Positions 44,701-49,262 of a DNA stretch of 49,262 nt are shown here, piece after piece. Location of the stretch: contig MEDY01000216.1 in NCBI GenBank assembly GCA_001724265.1, forward strand, positions 1 through 49,262, read 5' to 3'. Position 1 is the first letter of the stretch. Every line of letters begins with the position of its first letter. Below the pieces are notes generated by a model. It did not search any database, was not told where the DNA came from, and saw nothing but the letters and a program-made list of their open reading frames with translations. Origin of the DNA: Rhizaria sp. SCN 62-66. Taxonomy: Eukaryota. Position numbers and translations under genes: made by a program.

Positions 44701-47700
44701 GCTGCGGGCGCCGCTGCGGCGACGACGGTGTCGTTCGCGTGCGGCTCGGCGGGCACGACGGTGAGCAAGGTGCTGCGCGCGCTGGGCGCCAAGACGCGCA
44801 CGGGCCCGCCGCTGACTGCGCACGAGCTGGCCAACGGCGCCGAAGAACTCAAGTTCACTTACCACCCGCTGTCGGCGGCCGTTTGGGGCGTGCCCGAGGC
44901 CGAGGCGCTGGCGAAGGAGACGGCCGTGCGCGCGCAGGTGCGCAACATTCTCGCCGGGGGGGCCATCGCGCCCTCAGACGGTCTAAGTGCCCCGCTGGCG
45001 GGCGTGGCCGAGGCGCTGGGCCACGAGCTTGTGCGCTCCTACGACGCCGCCAGCGCCGTGTGCGACGCCGACGCCGCCGCCGAGGTCGCCGCCGCAGTCG
45101 CGGGCGCTGGCATCTGCACCGACGCCGCCGCGGCGGCCGCGGCGGGCGCGCTGGCCGTGGCCGCCGGCATGAGCACCAAGACGCGCGCGCGTGTGCACGC
45201 CGCTGCCAACGCGGCGGCGGCCGTGGTCGTCGCCACGGCGTGTCTGCCCACCGCCACCGCCGGCGCGGCTGTCGGGGGGTCCGCGACGGGCGGGCTGCGG
45301 ACGCCGGTGTCCACGTCGCTGCCCGGCACGCGGCAGCCGCTGCAGCGCGGCGGGCAGGGCCAAGGCCAGGGCGGCCTCGGGGTGACGTCGCCGCTTGTCC
45401 TCGCGGCCAGCGGCAGCGGCGGCGGCGGCGGCGACAGCGGGGCGATGTCCCCGCTGGCGCAGGCAGCCGGCCAGGGCGGCCTGACTTCCCCGCTCCTGAG
45501 CCCGCTGTCGCCGCTGAGCGCCGCGGAGGCCGCGGTCGGCAAGGGCAAGGCGGACCGTTCTGCGGGCCTGTCCGTGCCCTTCAAGCTTGTAACTTCGGCC
45601 GCGAACAACGCCAGCGGCGCGAGCAAGAGTCCCACCGAGTCCGACCCCGACACAGGCGCGGGCGCAACCGTGGGCAGCGTGCAATCGACTGTGTCGCCCA
45701 ACTTTCTCCCGCTGCCCGGCTCCAACTCCGTCGTGGGCCTCGGCTCCGTCTTCGGCGCTAGCGTCAGCGGCAACGGTGGCAACGGCGGTGGGCGCTCCCC
45801 AGTTTACCCCATTCTTGCGACCGCGAACAACGCCGGGAACGGCGCGAATGGAAACGGCAACAGCAGCGGCCTGCTCGCCCCCAGCCCCGCGCTGTCTGCG
45901 CTCGCCGTCGCGCTTGCCGCGGGCGCCGCCACGGGGGCCGACAGGGGCACGCCCGGCTCGCTGGCCGCGTCGCTCATCTCCTTTGCGCTCCCTGGCGGCT
46001 CGCCCGCGGCGTCGTACAACGCGGCTGACGCGGCGACCGTCACGCTGCTCGACGAGGACGGCACCCCGGTTCCCAACGCGCTCGCCAACGCCGCTTCCAA
46101 CGGCAACGGCAACGGCGACGATGACGGGGCCGTTATGGGCCGCCTGCGCTCGCGCGGCGTCCGCACGCGCGGCCACAAGCACGGGCGCGCGGCGGGGCAC
46201 CCGGACGCGTCCTCGGAGAACAACGGCAGCAGCAACAACTTCGGCAGTGTCGGCGGCCGTGACGGCGGCATTCCCCACAGAGACTCGTACTCGTCGCTCT
46301 ACAACAGCGCCAACACGGCCTCAGGCTCCCGCGGCGACGCTCACGACGCCGATTCCCACGGCGATGCCGTGGCGCTGGACGACCTGCCCGTTGGCGAGCA
46401 TGTTGACGACGACGACAACATGTCCGTCGGCTCCGCCGCCTCCGCGGGCGCCGCGTCCGAGGCCGAGTTCCTGGCCCTCGCGGCCCCCGCCGCGTCCGGG
46501 GTCACGACCTCCAACGCGCCCACGGCCGCCGCCGCGCTCGCTGCGGCCTCTGCGCTGCACGCCCCTGCGTCGGGCGCCGCCTCGGCCGCGCTGGGCACCG
46601 CCAAGGCGGGGCTCGTCGTCGGCGACGCGGACGCCGAGGCCGACGCGGAGGCCTTTTACTACGGCAACGGCGACGGCGCTGGGGAAGACGACGACTACAC
46701 CTACACCGGCACCGGCATCGCGGCTGCTCCGCCGACTATTGGCATTGCCGGCGCGCGCGCGATGCCGATGGCGATGGCGATGGGCGCTTCCCGCACCGCC
46801 GCTGCCGCCGCTGCCGCCGCTGCCGCTGCGACTGCCAACTCAGGCAGCTCCAACGGCAAGCGGCGCGACAGCAAGCGCGGCCAGGCGCAGTCGCTGAACA
46901 CGGGCCGGCGCGGTAGCGGCGTCGGCGTCGGCAGCCTCGACGCCGTCGCCCCCTCCGGCCGCCTCGCCGGTGCCGGTGCGGGCGCGGGTGATGACTTCGG
47001 CTTCGACGAGGACGGCGACGGGGACGGCGAGCACTCGGGCTCCGACGCCGAGCCGCCTGTCGCGGCCGCCGACGGGTGGGTGCTCGTCACGCCCACTGCG
47101 GCTGACGCCAACGCCGCGAGCACCGCGATCGCCGGCACGACCGCGACCGGCACTCCCGAAGCCGTCAGCGCCAGCCGCCGCGGCAAGCGCGTAGCGACAG
47201 GGGCCGGTGGCAGTCCGCTGGAGCAGCAGCTCGACGGCGCGCACAACGAGGAGGAAGAGCACAACGCGCTCGCGGCGGCCGAGGCCGTCGAGGATGACGA
47301 CGCGCTGCTGCTGACGGGCCCCGCGCGCGCGGGCTCCGTCGCCGGCGGCTCCGCGGCCGGACTCCACGACGACGACGACGCTATCAGCATTGCTGAGAGC
47401 ATCGGCTCCGTCGTCGTGCTCGACGGCCCCACGCTGAGCGGCGCCGTCACGACCAGCTTCGGCGACGGCGCGGCCGCAGCGGCCGCAGCGGCGGCGGCGG
47501 CTGGGTCGACAGCCCCGTCCGCACAGGGCGGTTCCGTCGCCGCGGCCTCCGCGGCTCCGTCCGCCGCGGCCCCCGCCGTGACGGGCGACGGCGCCGCGGC
47601 CATCGCGATTGCGGGCGTGCGCGACGGCGGCGACACAGGCCGCCGCGTGCGCTTCAATCTCGCGCAGGCGCATACCACGTACCTGAAGACGCTGCAGGAG

Positions 47701-48573
47701 GCCTCCAATGCCGCTGCTGTGGCTGCGGCGACGGCAGCGGGTCTCTCCAGTCCTCACGTCTTGGGCTCGGGCTCGGGCTCGCCGGTGACCGGAAACGGCG
47801 CCGGCGTCGACGGTGCGGCGGCTGCAGACGGCGATGATGTGGTCTGGGCCGGCGCGAGCAACGGCAATGGCAACGGGAGCGGGAACGGAAACAAAAATGA
47901 CCTCGCCAGCGGCCATCATGACGACGAGGACGGTGCGGATGCGCTCGTGGAGACGGTGGCCGTCAACGACGGTAGTGGCAGCGAAGTGCCGGCCATCTTT
48001 GACCTGACGTCGTCCCGCGGCCGCCTTGCGCGCTCGCGCACGCGGCAGAACCGCGTCACGCTGGGCTCAACGCTTCTTGAGGAGAAGCTCACGTTGGCCA
48101 TGGCGCTGGCGCAGGCCGTGAAGCTCAACGTGTTCGAGACGCGCGTCGAGCTCGCCATCGCGCGCAACGACGACCTGGCGTACTCGCTCGCCAAGACGGG
48201 CAAGGCGGGCATCTCCAAGGCGGAGATCTCGCGCCGCATGGGGCAACTGTTCCTGGAGAAGAGCAACGTGTTCCTGAGCTCAGACGTGCTGCAGGCGCCA
48301 GACTACTTCTGGACCGAAGGCATTGAGTACAAGGAGCAGTATGAAGCGCTGATCAGCTTCCTGGAAGTGGCAAAGCGCGTGGACCTGCTGAACCACCGGC
48401 TGGAGGTCATCTCGGACCTGTTCGACATCCTCAACCACACGCTCGACCACTCGCACATGGGCAAACTCAACGTTATCGTCATCTGGCTGCTCGCCATCGG
48501 CTGCGTCGTGTCTTACTTCTATGACCTTCTATTCCTTGATGTCCTGGGGTTCCTTGCAGACCCGCTGTTATAA
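41800..48573 (+). CDS. RMD1/RMD8/RMND1 family (DUF155) protein with very large insertions (2257 aa)
   Basis: Family motifs: RVSAHCRADRLDL, YVFLFHYGCVVFVN, EELKFTY, KLTLAMALAQAVKLNVFE, GQLF, PDYFW, LEVAKRVDLLNHRL, and a C-terminal TM (LNVIVIWLLAI). Ends in TAA. Confidence 0.88.
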   Translation: MSHKSTPERVPPSGPVIASSVNRTSTPTGTAAVPMDVSARVLYPATAAAPSPAARRPAAPIQAASLASFAPAPLLTNAFAAAVAAAAAADAAASPVAPVVTTPSSLRRSALTAANGSPATGEDAQLAKRRALRRQSGAAHALSASKGSLGPSLSFSYNGAGSSADAGGTSKLGGVGSFSGASLVLNNAVVDVRRFASPTAASARGRAMDLASSSSSSSSSSSSSSSGSDSEAEDAGGVAARKPGAAASDAISGAGSGNSPLDKSVDGRPSPALSSNVTTAAAGISARAGAGARPRASISASASASASASASRAHRNSQSLGRSSTSQQRDRSRSGSRSHSHGRGHRHGHGHGHLKTQATLASLSSLSAALLPHLPRPLQPPSRIPRFRVSAHCRADRLDLPAVQARLRLAVHTVEMLQAAATSNGNGNSNSAANMNTDARTSANASANSGGFGVSGRAVLPVISAGSLNSNGIINSRSVPVAGSGSSWSATSDSESSNAPASSSAMLNLFPNLNTGSSGSAPLKGAVVTSDAAAPVGDWGAGLAYTASGSTLAAPANLANAGSNGLGLELSVHSDAVVVVGEQDQKQQMRLLNAHSAAIASALLASNTPKATRQQKEKQQAATAAAAAAAIAASTASLFAATSAAPAAAPGLSAAAQGNHGYNHNNYSHLTGFSNANANAYAANANVYAATTSMYAGIHGHSHGHYGQYTAPALMPPQLSNAHGPGMYAYNANQQFHGHGHGHGHGHSGAPPQPPAPQSAVEQATAALVRAVLPLPPLLALGVVSRPSSSGECLLFQPLWNPHKYVFLFHYGCVVFVNCSRADERTLLHWLETPFADVPLPPAARAAAQHLAVAVVVAAAGAAAAAAAAVRSDPAAACAAVNAAAADLAAVAAEPTATAGRALAAAEELLTAATGAARTAADAADAAAAAADAAAVAAATVAAGGGVAAAAITAATFATAGLAAAAAAAGAAAATTVSFACGSAGTTVSKVLRALGAKTRTGPPLTAHELANGAEELKFTYHPLSAAVWGVPEAEALAKETAVRAQVRNILAGGAIAPSDGLSAPLAGVAEALGHELVRSYDAASAVCDADAAAEVAAAVAGAGICTDAAAAAAAGALAVAAGMSTKTRARVHAAANAAAAVVVATACLPTATAGAAVGGSATGGLRTPVSTSLPGTRQPLQRGGQGQGQGGLGVTSPLVLAASGSGGGGGDSGAMSPLAQAAGQGGLTSPLLSPLSPLSAAEAAVGKGKADRSAGLSVPFKLVTSAANNASGASKSPTESDPDTGAGATVGSVQSTVSPNFLPLPGSNSVVGLGSVFGASVSGNGGNGGGRSPVYPILATANNAGNGANGNGNSSGLLAPSPALSALAVALAAGAATGADRGTPGSLAASLISFALPGGSPAASYNAADAATVTLLDEDGTPVPNALANAASNGNGNGDDDGAVMGRLRSRGVRTRGHKHGRAAGHPDASSENNGSSNNFGSVGGRDGGIPHRDSYSSLYNSANTASGSRGDAHDADSHGDAVALDDLPVGEHVDDDDNMSVGSAASAGAASEAEFLALAAPAASGVTTSNAPTAAAALAAASALHAPASGAASAALGTAKAGLVVGDADAEADAEAFYYGNGDGAGEDDDYTYTGTGIAAAPPTIGIAGARAMPMAMAMGASRTAAAAAAAAAAATANSGSSNGKRRDSKRGQAQSLNTGRRGSGVGVGSLDAVAPSGRLAGAGAGAGDDFGFDEDGDGDGEHSGSDAEPPVAAADGWVLVTPTAADANAASTAIAGTTATGTPEAVSASRRGKRVATGAGGSPLEQQLDGAHNEEEEHNALAAAEAVEDDDALLLTGPARAGSVAGGSAAGLHDDDDAISIAESIGSVVVLDGPTLSGAVTTSFGDGAAAAAAAAAAAGSTAPSAQGGSVAAASAAPSAAAPAVTGDGAAAIAIAGVRDGGDTGRRVRFNLAQAHTTYLKTLQEASNAAAVAAATAAGLSSPHVLGSGSGSPVTGNGAGVDGAAAADGDDVVWAGASNGNGNGSGNGNKNDLASGHHDDEDGADALVETVAVNDGSGSEVPAIFDLTSSRGRLARSRTRQNRVTLGSTLLEEKLTLAMALAQAVKLNVFETRVELAIARNDDLAYSLAKTGKAGISKAEISRRMGQLFLEKSNVFLSSDVLQAPDYFWTEGIEYKEQYEALISFLEVAKRVDLLNHRLEVISDLFDILNHTLDHSHMGKLNVIVIWLLAIGCVVSYFYDLLFLDVLGFLADPLL

Positions 48574-49200
48574 AACAAGACAGACACCATTCGAGAGACC
48601 TTTCACTAAGTAGGTTTCTCAGTGCTTCTCGTTGCTTAGAAAGTTTCGTAATAAGCTTAACAACGTTTAAATAACAAACTTATGTGTGTTCTTGCATAAT
48701 TTTTACTGTTCTTTTGCATATTCTTTTGTACTATTATTGTTCTATTTGTATCAATAGTTTAATTATAATAAATCTGCGGTATTATTCGATGTCTCTGTGA
48801 TTGTGTGGGTAAATTGTGGCGACGCGTGATCATATTGAAATAGAAACACAATCAAGTTACATGTGAATGACAGTTAAATATAAGTTTCGTGCATATCACA
48901 CCTGCTTTGTTGGCACAAATGAGCCAATTTCGTGAAGGTGTGGCAGAATGTGAGCACTTCATCAAGTCATAATTGTAACAGTCATGTTGTGAAAATGGAG
49001 CTGTATGCGCCAGAACATAATTTCAACAAAAGAAATCAACAAATACCACAATATATTTTATTAATTTACTAGTTATTTAATTTTTGTGTTATAAAACCGT
49101 TTTTTTGTAGAAATACGCTACCAGAAGTTTTTTCGTCGAGTAACATTTGCTTTGACATATTTTTATGTAACCCCTATGTAGCGTCAACTAAAAAACGCGA

Positions 49201-49228
49201 TTTCGCGCTTTTTTTGCGACTTTGGCGC
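49201..49228 (+). promoter_or_regulatory. Two E2F-consensus-like motifs (TTTCGCGC, TTTGGCGC)
   Basis: Exact TTTSSCGC matches at 49201-49208 and 49221-49228 in AT-rich intergenic DNA. No downstream gene is visible in the window. Confidence 0.3.
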
Positions 49229-49262
49229 ACTTTCGTAGAAGTTATCAAACTACGTGGTTTAT

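Noticed and set aside
628-48497. Hundreds of overlapping antisense and alternate-frame ORFs (e.g. 4309..6123 +, 3204..4853 +, 32382..34100 -)
   Set aside because: They are expected shadows of very GC-rich, GCN-biased coding DNA. The products are Arg/Pro-rich or mirror translations with no recognisable motifs.
603-48573. Ciliate-type code with both TAA and TAG as Gln, or TGA recoding
   Set aside because: TAA and TGA coincide with ends of conserved domains and transitions to AT-rich DNA (e.g. 48571, 19636, 8019). No internal TAA or TGA is needed in any gene model.
1-49262. Prokaryotic systems, transposases, rRNA or tRNA genes (including a CUA suppressor tRNA)
   Set aside because: None recognisable by eye, and the gene structure is spliceosomal. 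A tRNAscan-SE or Infernal run would be needed to exclude small RNAs in the spacers.

Overview
This is eukaryotic (probably protist) nuclear DNA. GC-rich exons encode Ala/Gly/Ser/Gln-rich proteins and are separated by short, more AT-rich introns and spacers. I reconstruct 12 protein-coding genes (one truncated at the left edge) and 10 GT-AG introns. Recognisable products are CCT5, two EF-hand proteins, a Cbp4-like protein, a CDIN1/C15orf41-like nuclease, lariat debranching enzyme DBR1, a protein with a myosin-TH1-like C-terminus and an RMD1/DUF155-family protein. Main observation: three genes contain a single in-frame TAG with coding-like sequence continuing in frame (5688-5690, 12353-12355, 35029-35031), while all 11 complete genes end in TAA (6) or TGA (5) and none in TAG. 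This suggests a variant nuclear genetic code in which UAG is a sense codon (probably Gln) and UAA/UGA remain stops. Two of the three sites have an alternative splice explanation, so the code is a testable hypothesis, not proven. Other signals are an unusually uniform GTNCGY (mostly GTACGT) 5' splice site, conserved domains broken by very large low-complexity insertions, and a 16-bp inverted repeat bracketing DBR1. Family calls come from recalled motifs; no searches were run.
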